Shown here one piece after another: positions 48,520 through 62,060 of a stretch of DNA of 64,000 nucleotides (positions within the stretch are counted from its first letter, which is position 1; each line of letters opens with the position of its first letter). The notes beneath the pieces are model-generated. The model was not told the origin of the DNA. It did no database searches and saw only the letters and a list, made by a program, of their open reading frames with translations. The stretch covers positions 13,755,741-13,819,740 of the forward strand of contig NC_057734.1 in the NCBI RefSeq assembly GCF_004010195.1. Reading direction: 5' to 3'. A program made the translations under genes and the position numbers. Source of the stretch: Chiloscyllium plagiosum. Lineage: Eukaryota.

Positions 48520-50718
48520 GACATCAAATCTGCATCTGATCATGTCTTTACCTGATATCGTTAAGAGTAACCATCAGACAATCCTTGTGGAAACAAAGGC
48601 CTTTCTTCATTTTGACAATAATTTCCATCATGTTGTGTGGCACTATTGCTATGCTAAATGGGACAGACTTCAAACAGATCTAACAACTCAAGACTGGGCA
48701 TCCATGAGGTGTGGTGGGCCATCAACAGCAATAGAATTGTATTCCACAATCTGTAACCTCATGGCCCAGCAAATTTCCCCCACTCAACCATTACGATCAA
48801 GCCAGGGGATTAAACCCTGGCTCAATGAAGAGTGTGGAAAGGCACGACAGGAATAGCATCAGGTATACCTGAAGATGGTAAAGCTACCAAACATGCCAAA
48901 CAGCATAAGCAGCAAGTGATAGACAGAGCTAAATGATCCCACAATCAGATCTAAGATCTGCAGTCCTGCCACATCAAGCCGTGGATGGTGGTGGATAATT
49001 AAGCAACTCACTGGAGAAGAAAGCTCCACAAATATCTCCATCCTCAATGATGGAAGACCTAGCACATCAGTGCAAAAGATAAGCCTGTAGCCTTTGCAGC
49101 ATTCTTCAGCCAGAAGTGCCAAGTTGATGATCTGTCACTGCCTCCTCCAGTGACTCCCAGCATTACAGATACCAGTCTTCAGCCAATTTGTTTAATCCAC
49201 TTGATATCAAGAATCAAGGTTGGAAGCACTGGATACTGAAAATGCTATGGGCTTTCACAAGATTCCAGTAATCGTACTGAAGATTGGTGCTCCAACCGCT
49301 CCCCTAGCCAAGCTGTTCCAGTACAGTTACAATACTGGTATCTATCAGGCATTGTGAAGAATTGCCCAAGTCTATCCTGTACATAAAAAGCAGGACAAAT
49401 CCAACCCGGCCAATTACTGGCTGAGTAATTCTTGCTGTTGTCTAGTCTTGATCATCTGTAAAGTGATGGAACGTGTCAACGATAGTGCTATTAATCAGCA
49501 CCTCCTCAGTGATGACCAGTTTGGCTTCCGCTAGAGCCACTCAGCTCCTGACCTCATTACAGCTTTGTTCCAAACATGGGCAACAGAGCTGAACTCCAGG
49601 GGTGAGGTGAGAGTGAGAGCCTTGGACATCAAGGTTGTATTCGACTGAGTGTGGCATCAAGGAGCCCGAGCAAAACTGGAATCAGTAGATATCGAGGCAA
49701 ACTCTCTGGAGTTTCGAATCATACCTGACACATCGGAAGATGGTCATTATTTGAAGGTCAGTCATCTCAACTCCAAGGTATCTGTGCAGGTCTTCCTCAG
49801 TGGTGTTCTAGGCCCAACCATCTTTAACTGCTTCATCAATGACCTTCTCTCCATCATAAGGTCAGAAGTGGGATTGTTTGCTGAAGATTGCGCAATGTTC
49901 AGTATTATTCGCGACTCCTCAGATACTGAAGCAGTCTATGTTCAAATGCAACAAAATCTGGACAATATCCAGGCTTGGACTGACAAATGGCAAGAAACAT
50001 TCACACCACACAAATGCTAGGCAATCAAACCACTGCCCTTTGGCATTCAACGGTGATACCATCATTGAATATCCCATTATCAACATTCTGGGGGGTGTTA
50101 GCATTGATCAGTAACTCTACTGGATTCACCATGTAAACACAGTGGCTGCATGAACAGGTCAGAAGCTAGGAATACAGTGGTGGGTAATTCAGCACCTGAT
50201 TCTCCAAAACCTGTCCAACATCGACAAAGCACAAATCAGGGATGTGATGAAATGCTCCTGACTTACCTGGATGAATGCAACCCCAACAACACTTGAAGCT
50301 TGACACCATCGAGGACAAAGCAGTCCACTTGATTGGCACTACATCCACAAGCTTCCACTCCCTCCATAGCTAATGCTCAGTAGCAGCAGTGTGTACTATT
50401 TACAGGAATTCACCAAAGATCCTCCGAACACCCTCCTAACCCACGGCCACTTCTGCCTAGAAGGAAAGGGGTAGCAGATACGTGGGAACGCCATCACCTG
50501 CAAGTTCCCCTCCAAGCCACTCGCCATCCTGACTTGGAAATATATCGCCGTTCCTTCATGTTGCTGGGACAAATTCCTGGAGTGTCCTCCCTAATGTAGC
50601 AGGTGGACTGTAGCAGTTCAAGAAGGCAGCTCACCACAACTTCCTCAAGGGCAACTAGGGATGGGCATTAAATGCTGGCCAGTCAGCAACATCCACATCA
50701 CAAATGAATAATTTTTTT
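48520..50718 (+). mobile_element. CR1/L2-group LINE, long 3' fragment with RT
   Basis: PW.NEEC, YPVHKKQDKSNPANY, ALDIK..FD.VWH, GVLGPTIF.CFINDL..LFAED motifs; ATGAATAA tail. Confidence 0.85.
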
Positions 50719-51534
50719 AAAATGCCACTTTTGTATTTTGTAATCATGATTATCAGATCATGATAAGAAGCGATCATTTTCTTCTTTTTCCCTTAATTAT
50801 CCAGCCCAAAGTTAGGGATATGGAGTTCAAATGTATAATTAAATTTGGGGTCTTCCCACATTAGTACAATGTGTTAATGGAAACATTGCAGCCCACTATT
50901 TAGTTTTCTGACAGTTTTTATATTTCAAAGGTATTGCTTCTTAACTGAAGCACCTTTTAGATTTTTGAGGTTGTTTAAATATTTTGGGCTCAGTTCATTA
51001 ATAAGGAGAATGTGTCTGTGTTCAGATGTTGTAGACTTGCTGGGCTTTAATATTCCCTTAGGATCAATTCAGTGTTTCATTTATACATAATGGCAAAGGT
51101 TATATGAAAGGAGTGTAGCCTCAACTGTGCATAACATGGGCATTTAGTGACGTGGAAATCTGATTTCACTGGAGCAGAACAATTTAATGGTGAAACTGCA
51201 GACTGGCTTTAAGAAGGAACCCCAGGGGTTTTTGAACGTTTAACATATTCACTGCTGCTGCAAGGTTCTCAATTTGTAAAGCAAGAAACAAGTGTTGAGC
51301 AGCCCTGCATTTGGCAACAGTGAGAGAAAAATATCCTGAAGCTTTCAGACAGTACTAAAGCTGTCACAGTACTTACCTAAGTGGTGATGGGAAAAGTGAT
51401 ATCACTGAGATTTGGGAAAATGTAGTGGTGCACATTTTAAATTGTTTGCATCACACCCATCTAAATTTTTGAAAGGCACTCGGCAGTGGGATATTGGGTT
51501 GCACTAAAGATTCTGCTGATTTCTGATAGACTTT

Positions 51535-53420
51535 TATTACACAGAAGGAGGCCATTCAGCCCATCATATATGCCCAGTCTGCAAAGATCTAACTAGACTA
51601 ATCCCATTTCTAGCTCTTGACCCATAGTCTTCAAGGCTATGGCAACACAAGTGAGTATCTAAATACTGCTTAACCTTTGAAAAGTTTTGATTCGACTGCC
51701 CTTGAAGTTAGAGAGCTCCAGACTTCCTTCATCCTCTGGATGAAAATATTTCTTTTAGGCTTTTTGTGTCTTTCTTTAAATCTATATGTCCCTGTTATTA
51801 ACCCCTCTACAAATGGAATAAGTGCCTTTCTCTGTCAACCTTCTGTACCCTTCAGTGTTATGCATCTTTGACAGTTTCCTCTTACTACTTGCTGAGCCAA
51901 GGAAAATTACCCCAGCTATCCAGTCTTTCCTTGTAGTTCACACCAGACAGCATCTTGGTAATACCCCTTTTGTGCAGTCGCATCTTTCCAAAATTTGACC
52001 AGAACTGCATGCAGTACTTCACTTGTGACCTAATCACCATTTTATACAGTTCAAGCAACACCTCCCTGCTTTTGCATTCCACCTGGGCAGCTTACAGCCC
52101 CGAGGACTCAACCTTGAGTGCTCCAATTTCAAATAACCTCCCTTACCATCCTCTTCCCCTCTCCCTTCCACTCTTCCCTGACACCAATCGGATTCATTCC
52201 TCCCATTGACCTACCAGATCGTACCTTTTACCTGTCTTCACCTTTCCCCAATTCACCACCCTGACCCTGCCACCCGCTTTGCAGTACCCCAAGCCCTGAG
52301 GAAGAGTTGCACCCAAAACATCGACTTCTCCACCTTCCGATGCTGTCTGGCTTGCTGTGTTCTTCTAGCCACCTACATGTCTGTCTTGCATTCTTTTCCT
52401 CAGCTAATACAGACAAGTATCCATATGCTGTCTTAACCATATTACTTATCTGTCCTGCTACCTCTGGGATCTACAGATATGCACACAAGACCTCCAATCA
52501 TCAATACTTTCCAGGGTCCTACTATTTGCCTCAGTCCTTGCAAGTGTGTTAACTCTCCCTTTTGAATTTTACTTACCAATGCATTGCCACTTGAGCAGCC
52601 CATTGATACCCTTCTGCATCTTGTGGCTATCCTCCTCATGGTTTACTCTTCTACAATTTTCACCTTGTCTGTGATAATCTTGATATTCCCCCTTGCATTT
52701 AACTTCACATCATTAATTCATATTACAAACAGCAAGGACCCCAGTAAAGATCCTGGGGAGCAGCACTGGAAGCAAACTTCCAGCTACAGAAAGCATTCTT
52801 ATACCATCAAACTCTGCTTCCTGCCTGTCAACCAGTTTTTGTGATATTTTACCTTGGATTCCACGGGCTCTTTCTTTGTTGACCAGTCTGTTATGAGGGA
52901 CCTTTTATCAAAAGCTTTGCTAAAGACCATGTAGGCCACGTGAAATGTATTATCTCTGTCTTTTAAAACATTTGATCAATTTGTTAAACATGTCCTTCCC
53001 TTAATAGGTGCACGCTGACCATCTCTAACTCCTCTGGCTATCTCCAAGCATAGATATATTCAGTCCAACCTCTCCACCACTGAGATTAGATTGAGTAGCC
53101 TGTAATCTCCTGGCCTATCCCTTCCTCACTTTTTAAATAATGGTACAACATTAGCAGTCTGGTACCTCACGTATGGCCAGAGAGAATATGAAAATTACTG
53201 TCAGGGTTCCTGATATCTCCTACCTTGCCCTTTTCAACGGTCTGGGATATATCTCATTCAGGCTTGTGGATTTATCCACTAAAAAGGCTGCTAAATCTAT
53301 TAATACCTCCTTTCTATGTAATTTCTTCTAATATTTCACAGTCCACCACTTTGATGTCTACACCCAGTCAACCTTTTCCATTGTGAAGACTGGCACGAAG
53401 TATTCATTGAAGACTCTGCC
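51535..53420 (-). mobile_element. Old CR1 LINE with a nested Neptune-type 3' fragment (~52080-52392)
   Basis: MECKSREVLLELYK..RSQ..YC.QFWS; PLE arm GATGCTGTCTGGCTTGCTGTG. Confidence 0.7.
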
Positions 53421-54731
53421 CGTATCTTCCATATACTCTTTCTCAACCTGAGTGGCTCCTAATGGGCTCTACTCTTGCCCAACTTATTTTCTTGCTCATT
53501 GTATATTTTGTAAAGATCCTGAGTTTTCCTTTATATTAACCAGCAATGCTTTCTCATACATTCTTTGCTTTCTTTTCTCTTGGGATTCAGCCATTGTGAA
53601 CATGATGTATCTGCTATAAGCTTTCTTAATCCTAACCTTTTATGTCCCTTTGCACCAGGATTTTCTGGTCTTTGTCTCACCCTTTGTCTTTTTGGGAACA
53701 TATTTCTCAATACTCTCTTTTCTCCTTGAATGCCTCCCACTGTTCTCTGTTTTATCTTCAAGTCAGTGCTCCCAGTCCATTTCTTGTTATTTTTGTTCAT
53801 TCATGTGATGCGGTTGTCACTGACTGGGCCAGGCTTTATTGTCCATCCTAGTTGCCCTTGAGGAGCTGATAGTGAGCTGCCACCTTGAATTGCTGCAGTC
53901 CATTTGTGACATGTAAATTCACAATGCAGTCCGCAATGTCAATCCCCCATGGGCCAAATCATATATAACTTAGCAAAATTAGCCTTTGCCCATTTAAGAA
54001 CTTTTATTCCCACCTCATCCTTATCCTTAACTCAGTTACATTTAGGATAGTTATAGTAATGGTTGCTATCTCCAAAATGGTTCTCATTTCATAAGACAGG
54101 CATACCTTTTTTACTTTATGTAGGACACCAGAACTGTGCGCAGTACTCCAGGTTAAGTCTTGCCAAAGCCATATAGAGTTTCTTTGATTTTCTTGCTCCT
54201 GTGCTACAACCCTCTTTCAATGAAGCCTAACATGCCTTTTGTCTTTCTAACTGTTTTATGTACTTGCATTCTTGATTTCAATGAATGATGTACAAGGACA
54301 CCCAGTGACTTTGATACATCAGCATTTTACGCCAGCAAAAAAAACAATACGTGCTTTTCGAAAAGGAATTGCAATGATTAATAAATCCTTTCTCATTGCA
54401 GAAAACCAATTCTAGGATAGCCTGTCCCTTAACCTGATTCCTCAATGTACTGGTCTTTTTAAAATAAAAATTGCATATACTATAGAAATTGTCTTCCATA
54501 GTGTTGCTAATGTGATTTGTTTGGTCTGAATGTTGTTTGTTGCTTCTTAGTTCAACCCAGACCAATTCTACATTATAGATTTCTTGCACAAATATCCTTT
54601 CTTGCTATTGCACTGATTTTATCTTTGACTAAAGCCACCCCATCTCTTCCTGATAACCTGTTACAGGGTCGTAGGGCATGGAAACAGACCCTTCAGTCCA
54701 ACCAGTCCATGCTGAACATATTCCCAAACTA

Positions 54732-54956
54732 GGAGACAGTGAGGACTGCAGATGGTGGAGATCAGAGTAAAGTGTGCAGTGCTGGAAAAGTGTAGCAGTT
54801 CAGGCAGCGTCCAAGAAGCAGGAAAATTGACGTTTTGGCCATAAGCCCTTCATCAGGAATGAGGCCTTATGGTGAAGGGCTTATGCCTGCAATGTTGATT
54901 CTGCTCATTGGATGCTGCCTGACAGGCTGTGCTTTTCGAGCACCTCACTCTTGACT
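54732..54956. mobile_element. Palindromic mini-PLE (diverged) inserted in a CR1 3' end
   Basis: Same family as 45268; TSD ATATTCCCAAACTA at 54718-54731 and 54957-54970. Confidence 0.85.
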
Positions 54957-56177
54957 ATATTCCCAAACTAAACTAGTCCCACCTCCCTGCTCCTGGGCCA
55001 TATCTCTCCTAAGCTTTCCAGTTATGTACTTATCCAATGTTGTAATTGTTGTAATTGTACCCTCATCTACTACTTCTGACTGTCTTTCCTTCTCTTCAGA
55101 ATGCCCTGCAACCATTTACTGACATCCTTGATCCCAGCATAAGGGAGGAAACCTAACATCCAGGTGTTATATCTATAGCTGCAGAAACTTCTGTCTGTTT
55201 CCCTTGCAATAGAACCTCCTGTCACCTTTGCTGTCCCACTCTGGATACCATGACTTTGGCTCTTGCTGTGCTCTGCTGAAGATTTTTTTAATCTGTGTTT
55301 TTTTTAACCTGAGGTTTGAGCCTCGTCAATGCCCCACTTGGCCATTGCTCCAGATCCAAAAAGTGGGTTCCGTTCCTGCGCACATGGAGGTGTGCTAGAC
55401 TTGTTGTGTCATGCAAGGGGAGCATTCCAACATGGAAAGTCAGTATTCCATGATTTAACTCTTAAATTGCTCTTTCTTTGCATTTGCTACCTTCAGTTTA
55501 AAGAATATTGAAGAGAAACCAGGGACTTTAACTTTTTCCATATGCTTTGAATACACTTCATCTAAACTAAAGATCAATTTCTATTTTAAAGATTGAACAG
55601 TTTTACTTATCACAGTTGACACTTGTCCCATACTGACTCCCATTTGATGAATTCATGTTTCCTCTGTGATGTCACTCTTAAACTCTCACCTTTCTTGCAC
55701 CTATTCAACTCCTTGTCTCCTTGATGCTGAAGAAAGAGGAAAACAGGGAAAAGCGCACCCCCCTCCCTTTTCACGAAACGTGCAATCTCCACCAGTGTGT
55801 TCTGTGACAGAGCATTTGATCTACCTTATTTAATGACCATGACTGCCTGACAGGCAGTTACAAAAATTAGTTAAGCTGATTTCTTAAATAGCTGACCGCA
55901 TCTCTTTTTCTTGATTAGTCCTGCCCTAAAATCTCTGATAGTATTTAGATTTAAAAATTAGCTTTAATTCATATATTAAATTGCAGGCAAGTTGTCATGG
56001 ATTTTATACAAGATTAACCCTTAAAGCTTTTACCTCTCTTTTTACCAATTCTCAGTGTATCCTTTAAAACAGGTATTTGAAGCTTCTTCGTACCGCCTTC
56101 AATGTCTAGCAGGTTGCTGAGATGCTGATTATTTTGTTCAGTCTAGCATTCCTGTTATTCGTATACAGTGATGTTAA

Positions 56178-56510
56178 GGGGAGGTGATGCCTAGTGGGAT
56201 TATTACTGGACTGTTAATCCAGAGACTAGGGTAATGTTCTGGGGACTCTGGTTCAAATCCTGCCATGGCTGATGGTGGAATTTGAATTCATTAAGAACCT
56301 GGAGTTGAAAGTCTAGTGATGATCATTAAACTATTGTTGATTTTTGGAAAAACCCATCTGGTTCACTAATGTTCCCCTTTAAGAAACCGCCACCCTTACA
56401 TGGTCTGGCCTACATGTGAATCTTAATTTCTCTCTGGTTGATTAGAAGTGGACAAGAAATGTTGGCCTAACCAGTGACACCCTCATCTCATGAATGAATT
56501 ACAAAAAATT
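56178..56510 (+). mobile_element. Deu-domain (SacSINE1-like) tRNA-derived SINE
   Basis: TGCCTAGTGG A-box, GGTTCAAATCC B-box, AAAACCCATCTGGTTCACTAATG core, ATGAATGAAT-A tail; related copy ~19350-19655. Confidence 0.7.
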
Positions 56511-56998
56511 TGGTTTGCAAGAACTGAAAAATGTTTCAAAAATAATTAAGGCTCGAAATTGTATGATAAAGAATTTAGGACAAATACAGCCATTTTATTT
56601 TACCTCCTTGAAAATTTCCTAAAGCTTATGACAAAACTTTCAATTTCCACTTGTGTGATCCTGCTGTGTACTACCTTGTCACACTTGGCAATAATGATAA
56701 TTGTACTTTCAAATTAGTAAGGACTTAAGGCATTTCTAAAAGGTATGATAAGATACTCTATGCACTGTCTTTGTTAAACACAGCTCAATTTTGGAAGAAA
56801 ACATCTATAATTGTCAACAGTTCAGATGGATATAATATGACAATTCCATACATTCTTTATTCTACTTGATTCTTTGACTACCTGATAATATTTAGTGTGA
56901 CCGTGTAAAATGTTCTTGTATGCAATCAAACTACTGAAAATCTGATGGCAAAATAATGAAGGGCATTTTTATAATAATTTCCATGTTTTGAATTTCAG

Positions 56999-57052
56999 AA
57001 CCACTCATGAGTTTCTTTTTGGAGCATTGGCTGAACTAGTAGACAATGCCAG
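56999..57052 (+). CDS. MORC2: MORC2 coding exon 2 (TTHEFLFGALAELVDNAR, GHKL motif I ExxxNxxD region)
   Basis: TTTCAG acceptor, 54 nt, phase matches exon 1, donor AG|GTAAGA; later exons were not found in the window. Confidence 0.95.
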
Positions 57053-58823
57053 GTAAGATTTTTTTGTTGAAATCCGTAGGTGTTATTCCTTTCAAATTTA
57101 TTACCACCTTTGAAAAGATCACAAGTAAGATTTGTGCAGGTCTTTTGTAATTGTCCTTTCCATTCTTACTCTATGAATTTAATATCATTGAGCTAGCTTG
57201 GATTCTTTATTTCATTTAGTGCTTATCCAAATGAGAAACATCAGTGAATGAAACACACAGGACTGAAGAAATTCAAGTCTGACAGTTTCTTTGTAGGGTG
57301 AAACGGTGTTAATGTTTTGAATCCATTATGAATTCTTTGGGACTCAAATAAATTAATACACTTTGTTCACTTGTGTGCTTATTAAGATTGAATTACATAA
57401 GGGTTTGTGGAAAACTTTCAATGGTCTGCGAGGCAATGTAGATGTGGTCTGTTGCTATAATAACATTCCATCAGTTGTTCTTCAACGGACGCAGCTGAAG
57501 GAGTTTCTTGTCAAACCTTGAAGTTTGCCTGATGGACTTCTCAATGAAATACGAGTAAACAATCAGTGGGATTGAGGCAGCTCTGGAAATCGATCAAGCG
57601 TGACCTTGAACTGACTGAAAATCCTGAAAAAGGGGATAAGAGGCACTGGAAATGAAATTTTCTAAGGCTAGACTGGTAAAGGATAGAAAAGAGCCATCCT
57701 GTTGGTCTTGTCCATGGGTCTGGTATAATGATCAAGGCAAGTTTGAGTAAGCAGTTGAAACTGTGGTCCCAGTTACTGGTGGTGTCCTAATATCAGACAT
57801 GCTGCATTTTTTGGCAGTATGTCAGTGATGTTCCAGCATAGATGGTGAAAATTTTTTAGCATCTGGGCTGTCAAGCAGCTGGTGGAGGTTAACTTCTTAA
57901 ACTCCCATCTGTAATCATCACATCTAACCTCTGGAAGAGCAGGGCTGCGTTGTGAAGTATTCAACAGTCTGAACTTGCCAGTGTTATCTTTCAGCTGAAA
58001 GTAAAATTTAAAATTCACTCTTGTTATACAATTTCATGGTCTTTAATAGGGGGGAGCAGCTGAACTTTAGATTCAGAAATATAAATGTCCAAACAATTGA
58101 TACAACTGAATTTTACGTTTTGGCTAAGTTTGGTTGAATTATCCTTGTTGCAAAGTTGAGCAAGTGTTCTTGACATTTTTTTGATGTACTCCCTGCTTTA
58201 ATTGATGTTTGACCTCTTGTAGTGAGTATCATGTCTTTTTCTGCCCATCCTACCACATGCTGTTTCTGGAATCACTTGCCATTCATTGGATATCCTGGTA
58301 TCGTCCCTTGCTCCAGTGAGGTCTTTAAGAAGCCAATTGTGAAACTGGGTAGCTGCTGTCAGTCTGGTACTAACATTTGTCTCAGTCATGGCAGACAGGA
58401 GGAAAATTGGGTGCTGGAGGTCATGTTAAATGGGTTGGTGCACAGGTGGTATGTACTTTTATTTCTTCCCTGGACTAGCATGGAGACCATGATATTAGAA
58501 CATGCCACCCAAGTTAGACGTTGTCACCCAGGTTAAAGTGCTCTCAGCCATCTGGGGAATGCACAGCACTGTAGGAAGCAGGTCAATGTCCTCCACTCTG
58601 CCAGGTCAAGTGCCACTATCTTTGTTGCAATACCTCTCACATTGTGTATCTCTCCTACTGTACCCATGAGCTGGGTGTGTGTCTGAGAGTAAACAGTTTC
58701 CTTGCAGCAGCATTGCAATGATAGTTGGCTGTACTGTATCAAAGTGCAAAAGTGTTTGAAGTGGTTTGGAAATGTCCCACGCGTATTCTTAGAGTCTGGC
58801 ACATGGGATTATGTTTAGCGTGG

Positions 58824-60162
58824 GAATGTGTTGCTGGAAAAGCGCAGCAGGTCAGGCAGCATCCAGGGAACAGGAGAATCGACGTTTCGGGCATAAGCCC
58901 TTCTTCAGGAATGGGGAAAGTTTGTCCAGCAGGCTAAGATAAAAGGTAGGGAGGAGGGACTTGGGAGAGGGGCGTCGGAAATGTGATAGGTGGAAAGAGG
59001 TCAAGGTGAGGGTGATAGGTCAGACTGGGGTGGGGGCGGAGAGGTCGCCTTAGCAGAGTGGGAGAGGATGTTGAAGTGGTTGACCACAGGGTGGTGGGGT
59101 TGCTTGGTGCGTATCCCAGAGATGTTTTCTGAATCGCTCTGCAAGTAGGCGGCCTGTCTCCCCAATATAGAGGAGGCCACACCGGTTGCAGCGGATGCAG
59201 TAGATGATGTGGGTGGAGGTGCAGGTGAATCTGTGGCGGATATGGAAGTTTCCTTTGGGGCCTTGGAGAGAAGTGAGGGGGGAGGTGTGGGTGCAAGTGT
59301 TGCACCTCCTGCGGTTGCAAGGGAAGGTGCCGGGAGTGGTGGTTGGGTCGGTGGGGTGTGTGGATCTGACAAGGGAGTCGCGGAGGGAGTGGTCTCTACG
59401 GACAGCTGATAGGGGAGGGGAGGGAAATATATTCTTGGTGCTGGGGTCTGTTTGGAGGTGGCGGAAGTGACGGCGGATGATGCGCTGTACATGGAGATTG
59501 GTGGGGTGGTAGGTGAGGACCAGTGGGGTTCTGTCCTGGTGGCGGTTGGAGGGGCGGGGCTCAAGGGTGGAGGGGGGGGGAGTGGAGGAGATGCGGTGGA
59601 GGGCATCGTCGACCATGTCGGGGGGGAAATTGCGGTCCTTGGAGAAGGAGGCCGTCTGTGTTGTGCGTATTTTGAACTGGTCCTCCTGGGAGCAGATGCG
59701 GCGGGGTCGAAGGAATTGGGAGAATGGGATGGCGTTTTTACAGGGGGCAGGATGGGAGGAGGTGTAGTCCAGTTAGCTGTGGGAGTCGGTCGGTTTGTAG
59801 TAGATGTCCGTGTTGATTCGTTCGCCTGAGATAGAAATAGAAAGGTCGAGGAAGGGGAGGGAGGAATCTGAGACTGTCCAGGTGAATTTGAGGTCGGGGT
59901 GGAAGGTGTTGGTGAAGTGGATGAACAGTTCAACCTCCTCGTGGGAGCCCGAGGCGGCGCCGATACAGTCATCGATGTAGCAGAGGAAAAGGTGGGGTGT
60001 GGGGCCAGTGTAGTTGCGGAAGATGGATTGTTCCACATATCCTACGAAGAGGCAGGCATAGCTGGGGCCCATGCGGGTGCCCATGGCTACTCCTTTCGTT
60101 TGGAGGAAGTGGGAGGATTGGAAGGAGAAGTTGTTCAGGGTGAGGACCAGTTCAGTCAGTCG
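58824..60162 (-). mobile_element. Penelope-like element (Neptune-type), 5'-truncated; RT (YIDD) + Cys-rich linker + GIY-YIG
   Basis: GVAMGTRMGPSYA..YIDD..PFLD..YYKPTD, CNRRRCNTC, IIYCIRCNRCGLLYIGETGR; one in-frame stop at 59773; TSD TGTTTAGCGTGG at 58812-58823 and 60163-60174. Confidence 0.92.
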
Positions 60163-61289
60163 TGTTTAGCGTGGACTGGTTGAACCAAAGGGTTTGTTTC
60201 CACACTGTATGACTCTATGACTCCATGTCTGTGGATGTAGGGTGCCCTAAGAAATGGATGCTTTGAGTCCACAATGGAAGTCATTTTGAGCAAACAAAGA
60301 GTTGAACGCTCCAAGAATCTGCTCTGGTTTCCACATTCCTGAGGGCTTACGCCCAAAGTGTCAACTCTCCTGCTCCTCTGATGCTGCCTGACCTGCTGTG
60401 CTTTTTCCAGTGCCACACTTTTAGACTCTCCAGCATCTGCAGTTTTCTCTTTCTCTGTATTACATCTGCAGCCAGTTTATGCGGCGTGTTTGGTTAGATC
60501 AAAACCAGTAGCGAGTTGGGCTGTTAACAAGGTATTTGACAAGCAATACAGACCATTTGTTGGAATCTTGCTGCTACCAATAGAGAACCTTGTCATAGTA
60601 CTTGAGAAAAGCTTACAAAATGTGTGAAGCGCTCTTGTGGCGCAGTGGCAATATTCCTCCTTTTTGCGAAAGAAGGTTAATGTCCTATCTTCTTCGGTGT
60701 CTTAACATGATGAAACAGGTTGGTCAAAATAACTATACATTATTGTGAGCCTGAAGCCATATGAGTGTGAAAACACCTGACCTCAGAAGCTAAGCAGATT
60801 CAGTCCTCGTTAGTATTTGGTGGGGCTTTTCTGGTACATTGTTAGTGTCTCTGTGCCTGAAACAGAAGGCCCAGGTAAAGTCCTGTGTGCTTCTAACACA
60901 TTGAACAAGTTTGCATAAAAAGTATCTTCTAGATGACCTTGAATCTTGTGATTTAACCTTGCTGAACATCTCTCCCAATTCTACTAGACAGCTTGTCACA
61001 GCCCACAGTAATCAGCATTTGGTAAGATTCTGCCCATGGTAGATCATATGGAGTGGCATTCTATATTGACTAATTCATTATAAAAGGGGCCTTTTTAACC
61101 AAATAGGTTTGAGAGAAACTGTTATGCGGCCTGTTTCAAAGGAACTGGGAGTCTTCCCTTCTGGTTATTCATATGTTTGCTGTTTATGGAAATTTTGCTT
61201 GCAGAAATTAGCTGTTGTTTGGCTGCATGATGATTACGGTTCAGTGTCATTGATGTTGCATAACAGAGACATTCCTATGTACTAAAGTG

Positions 61290-62060
61290 CTATGCAATTG
61301 CAGAAGATCCTTAACTCTAATGCGTTTTCCCCCCATTATTTTGATTTGGTTATTAAGTAAAAACCTGTCCACCCGGGCCTTGCATATGCTTGACGACCTA
61401 ACCTTTACAGCCCTCTGTGGTACAGAATTCCACAGATTCAATACCTTCATAAGAAATTCCTCCTCTTATCTGACTCTGAGATCATGCGTTCTGGTTCTAG
61501 ATTTTCCCACAAGGGGAAACAACTACTCAGCCTGTCAAACCTCTTAAGAATCTTGTATGTTTCCATATGGTTGCTTTTTACTATTCTAAACACCGGTGAG
61601 TACAGGCTCAACCTACATGACCTCCCCTCAAGAAAATCCCTCCATAGCCAGGATCAACCTTGTTAACCTTCTTTGGACTACCTCCACAGGCAAAATATCT
61701 TTCCTTAGATAATGGGACCAAACTGTTCATTCTTTTTTAGTGTCCTAACTAGTGTCTTAAATAATTTGAGCAAAACTTCTGTATTTTTGTTCTCCATTTC
61801 CTTTGAAATAAAGGCTGGTGTTCCATTTGTTTCCTTTAATACTTATTTAACCTGAATACTAGCTTTTTGTAATTTATGCATAAGGGGCCCCAAATCTCAC
61901 TGTGATGCACCTTTTTGTATTCATTCTCCATTTATCTAATACTGAACTTTCATATTTTTACCCAAGTACATAACAGATTTTCCCACATTGTTCCATCTGC
62001 CAATATTTTGCCCACTCCCACTTGTGATCTGTTTATATTCCTTTAGCGACTCTCATCCTC
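61290..62060 (-). mobile_element. Old CR1 LINE 3' fragment
   Basis: LNLWNS.PQRAV...S....KA.VDRFL motif. Confidence 0.7.

Noticed and set aside
57600-58800. ORF-like degenerate sequence upstream of the Neptune element
   Set aside because: Probably an old minus-strand LINE remnant, but the motifs are too decayed to classify
59001-60038. 345-aa Pro/Ser/Thr-rich ORF, the longest in the track
   Set aside because: Alternative frame of the C-rich Neptune PLE coding strand; the RT/GIY-YIG motifs lie in another frame
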